A stretch of DNA of 63,041 nt, the filler included, from Polymyxa betae A26-41 (Eukaryota > Protista > Endomyxa: Phytomyxea): assembly GCA_003693705.1 (NCBI GenBank). It is 4 parts of 4 records of this genome, joined end to end, with 100 filler letters (N's around TTAATTAATTAA, not from the genome) between each part and the next. Parts side by side here need not be neighbours in the genome. Positions count along the whole stretch, not along the records: positions 24,709 to 51,748 come from RBZT01000958.1; positions 51,849 to 59,140 come from RBZT01000265.1; positions 59,241 to 63,041 come from RBZT01000039.1; 1 more part is not named here. One strand, given 5' to 3'. Below, in pieces: positions 50,751-63,009 of the stretch. Numbering within the stretch: the stretch's first letter is position 1; every line of letters begins with the position of its first letter. The position numbers and the translations under genes are program-made. The notes under the pieces were generated by a model. That model was not told where the DNA came from and ran no database searches. It saw nothing but the letters and a program-made list of their open reading frames with translations.

Positions 50751-50903
50751 CATCTAATCATTTATTAGTCAGTGTGGAGTACTGCTTAAGTAGGCCCTGG
50801 ACTAACAGCTGTGGAGCTGTTATTGTACCTTTTGGTCAGTTAATTGCTGTGAAGTCCAGGCGCAGTTTCTACAGAATAACAGCTCAAAGGGTCGGGTTCG
50901 AGT

Positions 50904-51323
50904 TAGGGTTGGTGGAAAATGAACCCGACCCGAGTCGGACCGAGTCGGACCCGGGTCAGGTGAGTCGGGTATGTCATTGACTCGGGTCGAACCCGGGTTG
51001 GACCCGATCTTACTGATTTTGCTGAATTATCCGGTCTTCGGGGATAATCCATTGTAACTGATCTCGAAATGCTACTTTTACAATATTATCGATTGGGTTG
51101 TCATATCATGATCGTTTACACTGAGAGAAGATATAAAAAGACTGCAGTTCACACATGGCCTGCACAGTGCGTTGAAAGTTTATTAGTATTTTTTTCCAGT
51201 CAACCAGGGTTCAACCCAGGTTCCAGCCGGGTCAAACCCAGGTTGAGAACAGCGGGTCCAACCCGATCAGATCGGGTTGGGTATTTGTAAAACCCGACCC
51301 GACCCGACCCCTTACCATCCCTA
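50904..51323. mobile_element. hAT-type non-autonomous element (420 bp)
   Basis: TIR TAGGGTTGGT / ACCATCCCTA; perfect 8-bp TSD GTTCGAGT; many ACCCG/CGGGT subterminal repeats. Confidence 0.88.
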
Positions 51324-51504
51324 GTTCGAGTCTCTCCTGGTACTGGACGTTTTTGGGGTTCAGTGGACCGGATCGGCTCACAACTCGTGAAAAGATGCGT
51401 GGTTCATCTGAGTTGGGGGGTCACCTACTTAATTCTGCCAGAGGCCTGAGTGCCTGGTTCTGGTGAGAAATGCAGTCACATTCAAGAGAGGGGTGTGTGG
51501 AGTA

Positions 51505-51748
51505 TGTCATGCCCATTGAGCATGACAGTACTCGCAGCCGCCCAGCCGACCACCAGGCAGTCGTACTGGCCCTTCCTGAGGAGCTGCGCAGAGGGCTGCG
51601 CCCCTGCTGACGATTCCTATAGGGGAAGAGCCCTAACTGTCACGGACTGCGCGGGTCCCCTCGTCTCCCTACTATGAATGGCGAGGAGCGGCCTCCACGC
51701 AACCATTCCGATCAACTCCAAAATTCATACGTTTCTCATCTCGTCTCC
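51505..51748 (+). mobile_element. LTR (same family as 7806) running into the contig end
   Basis: TGTCATGCCCATTGAGCATG identical to 7806-7825; purine-rich AAGAGAGGGG shortly upstream (possible PPT). Confidence 0.75.
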
Positions 51749-51848
51749 NNNNNNNNNNNNNNNNNNNNNNNNNNNNNNNNNNNNNNNNNNNNTTAATTAA
51801 TTAANNNNNNNNNNNNNNNNNNNNNNNNNNNNNNNNNNNNNNNNNNNN
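51749..51848. other. Artificial contig-joining spacer
   Basis: N-TTAATTAATTAA-N. Confidence 0.95.
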
Positions 51849-52437
51849 ATCTGTCAAATTACATCATGGCGGGTGCCATGCCATATTTCTTCTAACCAAC
51901 ATTAATATACAATTCATTCCTTTAGTTACTCAAATCTAGTGAAAACACTGAGTAGCTTCCCTACTCTTACAGTTACGGCCACCGTGCCAGGGTTTAGGGT
52001 TTTTTTAACCCCGAATCTCTGAACATAGCACTGATGGTGAGGCCGCGCAACAATGGCCCGCTAAGCCCGCGAAAAGATCAGTGCGGCTGGGTTGAGAACG
52101 TCATGGAGTCGAGTTCATCGGCGGTGTTCTGTGACTCCTGTAACATAATTCTGGCTACGGAAACGTTACGCGTATAAGGTTTGACCTTTATTTCATGTAG
52201 CATTTACATGTAGTCAAGTCAGTCTGAAGGAAACGTTATTTGGCCTCTCAGGCAACTTGCAGGTAACGTTGACTAACCCTGGTGTAACGTAACATTCGGA
52301 CCAACAATGGAATGCCGAGCACGTGGACGTGGGCAACCATCCCGGCCAATGAAGTAACGTAACGATGGTGCCATTGACGTTTCTAGGTTGTCTGAGTAAC
52401 TCAAGGTACACTGAACGATCGCATTCTTAATAGTCAG

Positions 52438-53936
52438 ATGCGGCTGGGCTGGAGACGCCAGCACCCCGGCCTGGTCGCTGCTGCAGTCCTGGGCCTGTAC
52501 GCCCAAGCAGCCGCGGTCATTATCGTACCAAGGAACGGGACGGACATTGTGATTCCGGCCTATTCATGGAACATGTTTCTCGGAATTACGGAGAGCAATT
52601 TCGGTCCGAATGCGCCCAATGTGATAGTGCAGGGCTCCGTGTATCGACTGGAAACGGATCCGTGTACTACGACCGACCTACTCGCGGACTTTACGGGACG
52701 TGTAGTGTATATACAACAGCCCATACTCTGTCCGTACCCCTTCGTCTATGATAAGCTCGCCGATCGAAACGCTACTGCGATCATTCGTAAGTCACATGAC
52801 TTCCTCAATGGTTTTAGGTTTTTAGGGTTTCGATAGGCGGCGTCCCATACAGCACTGCTGATTTCTATTTCACCAAAAGTTTATTCGATCATCGGTCCAG
52901 CACGGACCGCAACCAGCACGTCGTCCTCGTCGAGGCCATTTTCCCGCAAACCGGCATCGACGACCGCGACCTGGCCACGGACACCGTCGTCCAAGTCCGT
53001 GCGGATATCCAGGACGAGGTCGCCATACGCGGACGATGGCCTCTTCAGATCGTATTTCGCTGGATCCCGACTCTAATTTACGCCGTGGCCGCCTTCATGA
53101 CGATCCGGTACCTGATCGAACATGTCGTACTGACCCGCAAGGATCCGCGAGGCCGCATCACGCTCGTCCACGTCGCGCTTGTGATACAGATCTGCAGGAA
53201 CTGCGTGATGTCCGTGGCGATGGGATTGGGCGGGTACTTCACGTCCAGGATGTTGCCGTATGAGCTGCAGGCGGTGTTCGCCACGCACTTGATCAGCTGG
53301 GAGAACGCCGTGGCCATCATTGAGGCGCGGTTCTGGCACGAGTGCATCTCGAAGGCCGACGTCTCGGCTCGGCGATTCGCATTCAGCGGAGTCGCCGGCG
53401 TTGTGTTCACGGTAGCGACGATCGGCATCGACGCGGTCAGCATCTACATGCTCGTAACGTATCAAGAGTCGATCGGCGGCGTTCCCGTGAAACTGCTGAT
53501 CGCCGGTATCGTTATCATCCTATCGTTATCCGTGACAATCTACTTCACGGTCAGTGTCGTTATGTTTCAAATCCGTTTGAAAAACGGCCCGGAGTCCGCG
53601 CGCCAGCCGAACGAATTCCTGAGGAGGTTGCGCCGCATGATCGTACTGTGCACGGCGTTTGTGTTCATTCCGCTTTCCGCACTTTTATATTGGGCTTCGA
53701 ATATTCCATCAAGTGCGCAGAATGTCCAGACCATCTGCGTCTCGATTATCAATGTGTGCACGCCGATTCGTTCGCTGATGTCCGTCCTCATACTGAAGCC
53801 ACGGCCACGGAAAAGATCGCCAATATCGCAGGCGAACGTCACGAATGTGCAACCCTCGACCATGGCCTGTCTTTCAAGAATATGGCCTTCGACAACTCCC
53901 AGGGTGTCCGAGAATGCTGTTCAATCTCGCGGATAA
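52438..53936 (+). CDS. Signal peptide + PA-like ectodomain + 7-transmembrane (GPCR-like) protein, ~482 aa
   Basis: Exon 1 52438-52786, 50-nt GT-AG intron, exon 2 52837-53936 in frame; FGP..VQGSV...DPC...GRVVYIQ...C....KLADRNATAII PA-like pattern; seven hydrophobic segments; basic, Ser-rich tail. Confidence 0.8.
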
Positions 53937-54897
53937 CTCGTCATTCGATTTCGGTATTATGTATAAATTCAAAATTTGCAAAATTATTATAATCAAAAAA
54001 AGGTTAAGATACAAATTTTGTTTTCATTTAGTAATCTAGTTCGGTATTATTTTGTAGATAATTTTGCAAAATTATTTATTCTTATCGATTTACCATACAA
54101 GAATATGTATTTCCTTCGCTGGGAAGAAGTCCGGTAACCCAACCCACACATTTCCTCAGCCTGGCGTACAGTCCTTCATCGTCACCCTCGCCACTATATG
54201 CGCACTATTTTCGTTCGCTGTGAATATCACACAAAAAAGAGCGATCAGTTACAAGAATAACACCGTTGACTATCCTGTTGTAACGTAACATTCAGTCCTA
54301 CAACGAACTGCCAATCATGTGGACGTGCGTCACCATCCTGGCCAATGAGGTAACGTAATGAAACAAAATCGTAACGGCGCAAGAACCGGATGGATCACCC
54401 CTGTAAAGAGTTCAGCAGAGGTGGTGAATGACTTTTGTAACATTATTGTGGCAACGGGAACGTTACGCGTGTCAGGTTTGACCAGTTTCTTTATTCCACA
54501 ATCGCAGGTAGTTCAGGTCAGGAAACGCCACTTTGCCACTCAAGCTTCCTGGCAGGTAACATCGTGTGGTAGAGAGCGGCCACCGGCTCGGATATCGGAA
54601 TCGGAGAGAAATGATTGAAGATGAATCGGAGATCGGAGATGGGGCCCGATTTAAGTTCCAGCTGATCTATTCAATAAAGCATTATATATAACTGCCTAAT
54701 ATCGGATTCCTGTGAGATCCGACAAACGTCGACAAACCCACGATGTAACGTAACATTCGGTCCTGCAACGAAATGCCGATCACATGGAAGTGCGCAACCA
54801 TCCCGGCCAATGAGGTAACGTAATGATGGTGACATTGAAATTCTACGTGTTTGAGTGATTCAAGGTACACTGATCGATCGCATTGTTAATTAGTCAG

Positions 54898-55257
54898 ATG
54901 GGGTTGGGGAGAAGGCTCCCGCACCCCGGCCTGGTCGCTGCTGCAGTCCTGGGCCAGTACGCCCAAGCAGCCGCGGTCATTATCGTACCCAGGAACGGGA
55001 CGGACATTGTCATTCCGGCCTATTCATGGAACATGTTTCTCGGCGTTACGGAGCGCAATTTTGGTCCGAATGCGCCCCATGTGATAGTGCAGGGCTCCGT
55101 GTATCGACTGGAAACGGATCCGTGTAGTACGACCGACCTACTTGCGGACTATACGGGACGTGTGGTGTATATACAACAGCCCATAGTCTGTCCGTACCCC
55201 ATCGTCTATGATAAGTTCGCCGATCGAAACGTCACAGCGATCATTCGTAAGTCATGA
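54898..55257 (+). pseudogene. Truncated duplicate of exon 1 of the PA-7TM gene
   Basis: Highly similar to 52438-52795, including upstream DNA and the splice donor; similarity ends just inside the intron and no 7TM exon follows. Confidence 0.85.
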
Positions 55258-55471
55258 TTACCCTAACATAGGAAAGCTGTTTTCTCATAGTCATTTTGGT
55301 ACGCTTTGTTCTAGGCACAAAGGCAAGAGTAAACAGTGCGGATTTGAGACTGTCATTGTCAGTAACAATAAGAAAAACTCCATCGAATCACAACTAGTTC
55401 GTGATAAGAGTCGTCGTGATCATTGCCTATTGAGATATTCTAAACGAAGGAAGATATCTAGCTGTAATAGG

Positions 55472-56465
55472 ATGCCTGCTGACCGCGTTATTACAAGATT
55501 TTACAGAGAAGCATTTCAAGCTCTGCCTGAAGTAAGAAGAATTTCTATGAAATGAGATATTCAAGTTTGTCCAGGTCCCTTCTCGTTTGGTTCCGGATGG
55601 GGTTGTATGGCTGCGGGGATTCGCAAAGGAAAGCCTGCAAAAATTTGGTTAGATCTGCAAATTATTGCTCCAGATCTGTAATAATGACATGGCGGTTCAC
55701 CACGATTATAGGTGATCTTTTGAAGATATGCAAAACAGTGACTGCCCCTACAGCAACCATTGGTCTTTGGAATGGCATCGAAACTGACAAACTATGGGGT
55801 AAAATTGGACGATTGCACTGAATATCAAATTGATTGGCGCTAGATCGTTACATCTGAATCTGTGAAAGGCGCCGGCTGTGGCAAATCTGCTCGACCGCAG
55901 CCATCTTCGATCTATTTATGTGCGGGTCAAGACAAAAGGTACTTGTTGATTTCGCCAAATTTTATGCTTCAATCATCGTTTTATCTGCTGTATAAAAAAG
56001 AATGTAATTTTAGCGTTTTACCTAAATTCTTTAGGCGGCTTGACTAAAGAGCACAATGATATTGAGTTTTGGCAAGAAAATTTCCCTAACCACATGGGCT
56101 CCCTGTTCCGTGCATATACTGTCTGGGTTCTGCTTGAGAATTCTACTACAACGTATGGCACATTTTTGAAATGGGATTTGCTTTCTTTCATACAGAATAC
56201 TAACAGGCCGCCTCTGATGTTCGAAGATGGGCAAGGCGAATGGCATCACGCCGCCAATGTCCAGCCGGGGGACGCTTACATCTTCAACACGGCTGTAAAT
56301 CACAAGGTAGGGTTTAGGGTTTTGAAATGGAACTGCGGCATAGTTCCGATTTCTCTGGCTCGTGTTACGCTATGTGTCTAACTAATTTCTCAGTCGTGTG
56401 CAGTGGGCAAGGGCCGTAGAGTTTCGCTCGATTTTCGCATCGAAATCGATGACAATCGATACTAA
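55472..56465 (+). CDS. PhyH-like Fe(II)/2-oxoglutarate dioxygenase (multi-exon; middle exons uncertain)
   Basis: DGVVWLRGF, IYVRVKTKG|GLTKEHND (HxD), YTVWVLL, QPGDAYIFNTAVNHK|S (distal His), RVSLDFR (RxS). Confidence 0.65.
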
Positions 56466-57368
56466 AATAAAAAAAAAAAACAAAATATCAATCGCTGTCT
56501 GCGAATGTTAAATGTTCGAGTTGATTTTCAGCCTAATCTGCTAACCATCCAACGTGACACGAATTGAAGAAATAAGTTTCTTGTTATTAAATAATCGTTT
56601 TATCGTAGAATAAAAAAAAATCTCGAGCGGGATTCGAGCTCGGGCATTGCGCTTTGCCTTATCATTTGGCTATCTCAGATTCTTTTTGCAAAGCTACAGA
56701 ATTGCAATTCAAAGGGGTTGCCGAAAATCTACTAAACTTTCCTAAGTCAAAATTGGTGAGGTGGTGTCGGGACACCAGAACAAGAGATTCATGGAAAAAA
56801 GTTCCTAGATACTACCCCCCGCTTCCCAATTATTCACCACAATCTCACAGGTTTGGAGGCATAATCGCATCTGAAATCTTGGTGGACTTAGTAGTATCAG
56901 ATATCCAGCTGTGTTTTCACCAATGATAATCGGCGCTTTCCATTACATTTCACCATCTCGAATTACGCCGTTCAGGTCCAGTACGACTCGTCTGAGTTTA
57001 TCACCTTATGTCTATTAACCAATATTTCATACATCATCATCTCAATGCAATTATATGATTTTATTACACTCATTTCACATAAACGATTATTGAACGCATT
57101 AGCGACGATATAAATGAGATGATTGATACAGCAACATCACTTCTGATCTATGCAGTAAATGGCTTCGATAATCTTGATCTGATTTTATTGTAGATAATAT
57201 CATCAATAACTCCATTCTCATTGTCTATTGAGATTCAAGTAGATGATCCTATATCTGCTCGTCGTTCAACCACGAAAAAGGGCAGATTTCAAGCTGTACA
57301 GTTCCGAAGTCAAGATCAGCATCTTATGAACGACTCAGGTCGTACAAGCCCGCATTTCATTCGCTGTT

Positions 57369-57406
57369 GTGTCTGGTCCAGTACGGCACCGTACTGGACC
57401 AGACAC
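57369..57406. repeat. Perfect 18-bp hairpin with 2-nt spacer
   Basis: GTGTCTGGTCCAGTACGG-CA-CCGTACTGGACCAGACAC. Confidence 0.9.
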
Positions 57407-59140
57407 TTTGGCCTTTCTGAGACCAGGATCGAAGCAGACTTCAAGCTGTACGATTTGGTACCACCGTTATCATTGCAGCTGCAATTATATTCATGCTGAT
57501 ATGTGAGTGCTTTAAAGGAAATTACCAAGACGGTTAGAGCCTAAAAATGTTTCAATTCAAACAAATAAAAAGACAAATCAACAAACCTGATTACGAATCA
57601 CTTTAAGACAGGAATATCCGTCATCCTTTAAGAAGACGAGCGTATTTCCAACTGCAAACAGCCTTGCTTTGAGTTGCCTTGAGAGAAACACATCCAGAGG
57701 CACAACGATCCCGTCGTAATATCGAATACGGAATTGTTCATGAGACAGTCACATAGTGAACCCAGTCTATCGAAGGCGGACCAGTTACAGGACGCCAGCG
57801 CTGCTGATCAATCTGAGTAAGATCCATAATATTGATGCACTTTATGTGGCCAGGAAAGTTGTAAAGTTGCCTACAAAGAACGCGCCATTATATTGGGTCC
57901 GAATAAACGCAATATTTGAAAGAAAAAGAATGAGAATAAACTAATAGAAACCTGATTGATATAAAAACGAGATTCAGCAAGCGATGGGAACACCAGAGTT
58001 TACAGCAAGAGATAGCATCGTGCGATGATGAAGTGCATAAGCAGACAGGCGAGTGAAATGGTTCCTGTCAGCGACACCGAAGGATCCTCGTTATAAACAG
58101 TAAAAAAATGAATACAGATACAGAAATACAATCAAACGGATTCGAAAAATTAAAAATTTCGAAAAACACAGGAGTTACCCGAAAACTTTCGTCAAGGCCG
58201 CCAGGATTTGCCCATCTTGAACTACACCGAGTAATGGCGGCGACGATGACGATCACAGAAGCCCCGGCAGATGACGACTGAGAGATGCCGAAGACGCCTA
58301 GATTAGGCGATAGTCACAAGGCACCAGTTTACAAGCCGGAGGTCGGCTGCATGGTTCTTCGTCAGCCTTCTGCTGTCAAGATTGGGACGATAGTCAGATG
58401 AGACAGCACAAATAGCCCGCCCTCACAGACGTTGAGGTCGTCGATTGTCGTGAAATATAGGTAGTAGTCTCTCTCTATGATACAACGCAAATAAAACTGC
58501 GATATTTTTTATCTCCGCAAAATCGGTAACAGTTTTTTTTCTGCAATGGCATTGCAATCTAGGTTATGAATTTATTAGTTTGATTAGCGGCTATGAGCCA
58601 TATCGATAACAGCCGGGGAACGGCGTCATTGCTGGCTGGGGCCGGATTAGACGTACTGGCCCACGCCCCGGCCACAGCGCGAGGCGAGCTGGCCAGGAAG
58701 CTGCGGAGCGCCTGGATGCGTCGCTGCCGTACTGGCTCCAGGTATACTGGCCCGTCATCGGCCGGGGTCTGGACGAGATTAATATTTTTAGCTGAAATGA
58801 GGGCATCCGGGACGGTCCGAATACGGCAAAGACGGTCAAAAAAAGATTGCGACTCATGGTGATTTGAACCCTGACCCTGACGTCGATTTCAGCATGCATG
58901 CTGTCTGAATTCGGTCACACTTCTAAAATCAGAGATCAAGCTCGGCACTCAGTACCCCATCTATCCAGATTCACAAGACATGCGTTCTGAAACTATGTTC
59001 TATTGTCAGTCAAAGAAAAGAATGGGTTCAGAAGGGACACGATCTCGGACTGGACTGAATCTCAGAATGCCCGGCTTGTGAACCTGGGCCTTACGGTTTG
59101 GTAGAGGGGTACTGAACTAAGACGTTCAAGACATCCTACC

Positions 59141-59240
59141 NNNNNNNNNNNNNNNNNNNNNNNNNNNNNNNNNNNNNNNNNNNNTTAATTAATTAANNNN
59201 NNNNNNNNNNNNNNNNNNNNNNNNNNNNNNNNNNNNNNNN
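59141..59240. other. Artificial contig-joining spacer
   Basis: N-TTAATTAATTAA-N. Confidence 0.95.
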
Positions 59241-59896
59241 TTTTATTATTCAATCATCTTCATCATCGTCCTTTAGCATTAAATTACTTAAACTTTTCAT
59301 TACCTTCTCACTCTGTTTTGTCTTCTTCTTCTTGTTTTTATATTTCAGTGTCATAATCTCCATCATCTTTTCCAGATTGTATAATCTGTCTTTCAATTCC
59401 TTATTCTCACGCGCAATATCTCCCTTTGATTTCTTTTTTGCTGGTTTTTTGGTGTAATCTGTCTTGGTGGTATTTTTTCTTCGCTTTCAGATATATCATC
59501 ATCATCATCGTCGGTTTCTTCTTCAACAAACGTTTCCATAAGTTTCTTCAACTCGTCTTTCTTTGGTTTTTCTATCTTCTTCAGCACGCTTTTCTTTGGA
59601 TTCTCCACTTGCTTCAGTTCAATATTAATCTTGACATTATACAGATGCTTTCTTCGTATCTCATCAATTCCATTATCAATCTCCATATTGACAATCTCTT
59701 TCTGGCGTCTCGTCATCCCTTTCATAGGAACATTAGGTAATTTGTCCATCATTTCTTTCACTTGCTTTCTTATTTCTTGTATTTCATCATCATTAGACAT
59801 CAATTCATCATGGATTGTTCTTTTTGCTTGTCGTTCTTCTCGTAAAGTGTTTTCAGCATTCTCCTTGTCTTTAACGTATTCTTGGCAGACAATTTC

Positions 59897-61330
59897 TCAT
59901 ATTTTCACAAGTGGTTCGGGAAAATCTTTGTTCTCGTTTTGATTTATCTTAATTTGGTCATTGTTACTGCTGTCGGTCTGTCCACCGCTTGTGTCGATGC
60001 AATGATCTGTGTTATTCATTTCATTGTCTATGGAATTGATGCGAAGGTTGTACAGGTGCAGCAACAGGCTCATCTTTGGAAGTATTGATTGAAAGCATTG
60101 AGGAAAAGAGAAACGACTCCTCATCGAACTTAACGTCTCTGATGAACCGGACCTTTGATTCTGATGGGTCCCACAATTCGTAAGTTTCTTGTTTCCTGCA
60201 TATCCAACAAAGATGGCCTTCTTGGTTCGTGGACATAATTTCGTTCGATATTTTTCAGGTGTCAGCACGTAGGAATCACATCCGAATACCTTTAATCTCG
60301 ATAGATCGGGTTTAAGGACGAACCATCGTTCGAATGGCTAGATATAATCGGGTAGGGCACTATGCAGCCGGCGGTTTAGCAAGTAAACTGCTGTACGAAC
60401 CGCAAAGGGCCAAAATTCCTCAGGCAGGCCTGCTCTCTGTCGAATAGATTGTGCCACCTCCAACGATGTGCGATTTAACAGTTCTGCTATCCCATTAGGA
60501 TGAGGGTTTCCTGCAAAAATTGTCCTGTGATGTATGCCATGCTCCTCCAAATAGTCTTTCATTGCTTTGGAAATGTATTCACCTCCATTGTCGCTTTGAA
60601 TTGCCTGAAGTCGAACCATTACTCGAGGATTCTGGTTTGACATAGATGTGTGATATTGCTTAAATGCTTGAAATTGATCAGATTTGTCCTATAACAGGTA
60701 CAGAACAGTATATTTTAAAAAATGATCAATGTAGGTGGCATAGTGTCTCCAACCTCCAATATCATAACTCGGGAGCATTCCCAAATCCTTGAAGACTAAT
60801 TCACCCGGGCTACGCGTTTCCGTAATTGAATTATGAAATGGTTCTTTGCAAATTTTAGACATTATACAGGACTCGCTAGAATTTATATCACCGTCCTGAC
60901 TCATAAGGGGGCCGGCTGCTTCAAGCAGTGGCTGCATTCGTCTCAGCGATGTGGGTTTCGGTGACCAAGGCGTTCATGCCAGATTCTTCTGGAAATGGCC
61001 GGATGTGCCATCAATTGAGCCGTTGACCTTGAGGGTAATTGTTCGCCTTGATGAAATTGGCATTTGATGCGATAGAGGTTGTCGGAGTCTTTTGCAATGT
61101 TTTATATTTGTTCTCCTTTTTGGGGGGGGATGAAACAGTTTTTTCGTAAAGATTGTGAGGTAGTCCCCGTCGAACAGGTACTTCAGGCCCTTTTTGGTAC
61201 TTAGTTCAATAGAGAGTAAGTTATTTGAAAGTTCGGGTTCCGGTGTCCCAAAAAACGCTCTCCATTCCATCAAAGCGTCGACCGTAACTTCTGTATGGGG
61301 ATCTTCGATGGTGTTATCTTCACAAGTCCC
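59897..61330 (-). mobile_element. Degenerate copia pol (GAG-pre-integrase, integrase, SH3-like region)
   Basis: YATYIDHF, IQSDNGGEY, PHPNGIAELLNRT, LPEEFWPFAVRTAVYLLNR, KVFGCDSY, KAIFVGY, IRDVKFDE; several stops. Confidence 0.9.
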
Positions 61331-62042
61331 GATAGGTCGTCTCGCAAGATTACCGTACTTAAAATAAAAGCCTAACAAAAAATTCACCTTTTCTGGAAAT
61401 CGAGCACTTTTTAATGTTATGGTGGATTTTTTATAACAAAGTAATCACCTTTTCATCCATGCAAAATATTAAAAAAATTACTGCTCAGGCTGGGTTCACA
61501 ATCTTGTCATGAAGAGATTTCTGCTCTCCAACCCTGGCAATCAACGATGGGTCGAAGCCCAGGAACGACGCAAACTAGGACGTACGAACGTCGATCACGT
61601 TGCCATTTTAGTGCGCAGCGAGATGTTTCCTGAGCTACATTCGCAGACCTTGTAGCCGATTCTGCAAAGTACAAAATCATCTAAGGGGCATGTTCCAAAT
61701 GAAATCGTAATCGAGGCGCGCCAGCGGCAGTTACATCGGCAATCAATGATTGAGCTCTTAAATTCGACGAAGGTCTGTAAAAACGTCGGCACGCGATCAT
61801 CTGATGTCTACCGGACGATGACATGGGTAAACATCCAAAGCCGTATTCTTTTATCTTCACGATTCACTTGGATGTTTGGATATGGAGCTTACATGTTTGA
61901 TATTCAGTATCAATATCAGCACTTTCAGTATTTGAATAAAGCAGAAGCAATACTACGAGAAATGGTATCACTTGGTGGACTCGTTCACTGTATCAGACAT
62001 CTTACTCACAATTCCGTCTTCGTTCCGTGAGAAGTATGATTC

Positions 62043-62303
62043 TGTTGATTCATCAAGTGCAATGAACCAACTAAAAGTAAAGGAGAACTAAGAGACATAA
62101 ACTCGAAACCTAGGGGAAGAACAGAAACACAAGAACGAAAGTAGGCGAGCAGACAGAAGTTGATTCAAGAGCGGCGTTTACCGAACTGAGCTAACCCCAG
62201 TTCGGTTGTTGCAGCTGTGTGTATTAACGTTACAGAAGAGGAACTGCCAACAGCCAGTGGATACGTTACGAGGGTAAACTCTCCGGTGGCTGCGTTCCTG
62301 ACA
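62043..62303 (-). mobile_element. Putative 3' LTR of the chromovirus
   Basis: On the minus strand, PPT-like GAGAGGGATGTAA, then TGTCAGG...ATCAACA; distal end approximate. Confidence 0.55.
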
Positions 62304-62319
62304 TTACATCCCTCTCAGA

Positions 62320-63009
62320 AAGATTGCCGATGATAAGCTTCCATGGCTAATCGCAGAGCTGGAGTGGCCGAGTGATATAATGATTTTGCAGGTTCCCACA
62401 TCCTATCGCATACATCGTATCCCTTCCAGTGAATGAGTTATTGTAGCTGCCTTCTATGCCATCTTGAGTCAACGATGCTATCGATCTCATAAAGAGGATG
62501 GTCTTGGTCGTCAATCATGATAGGTGAGGGTGAAGAGCGAGGACGTTGTGCCATGGCTGTGACGAAGTAAGGGGCCAGAAGCGAAACATGGAAAACTAGA
62601 TGCATGCGAAGGTTTTCCGGAAGATTCAATTCCTATGTGACCGGGTTGATCGATCGTTTTACTATAAAAGGTCCTAATTTACGTTCCGACAGTTTCTCAC
62701 ATGGCGTTTGGATTTGGTTCCGTCGCGAATTAGCCAAACCCTGTCTCCTGGTTCAAAATGTTGATGATTGCGCCTGTTTCGATCAGCATATTGCTTCATA
62801 CTACCAATTGCTCGCTTTAAGTTCTTTTGAAGGTGGGAATTGATTTTGATTACGTTCTCTGCAAAACTAATCGAGGTAGGATTCGTGGTCGTAGAATACT
62901 TTTGAAAATCAAAGCGGAGATGGAACCCATTATTGTCAAGACTTGACGCCAACATTGGAATACGCGACACCGACGACGACCTCACCAACAGATATCTGCC
63001 GCCGCCCAT
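62320..63009 (-). mobile_element. Gypsy chromovirus integrase C-terminus + chromodomain (degenerate)
   Basis: KQYADRNRR..FEPGDRVWL, GPF, LPENLRMHLVFHVSLL.P, YEIDSIVDSR...LIHWKGY....WEP. Confidence 0.9.
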
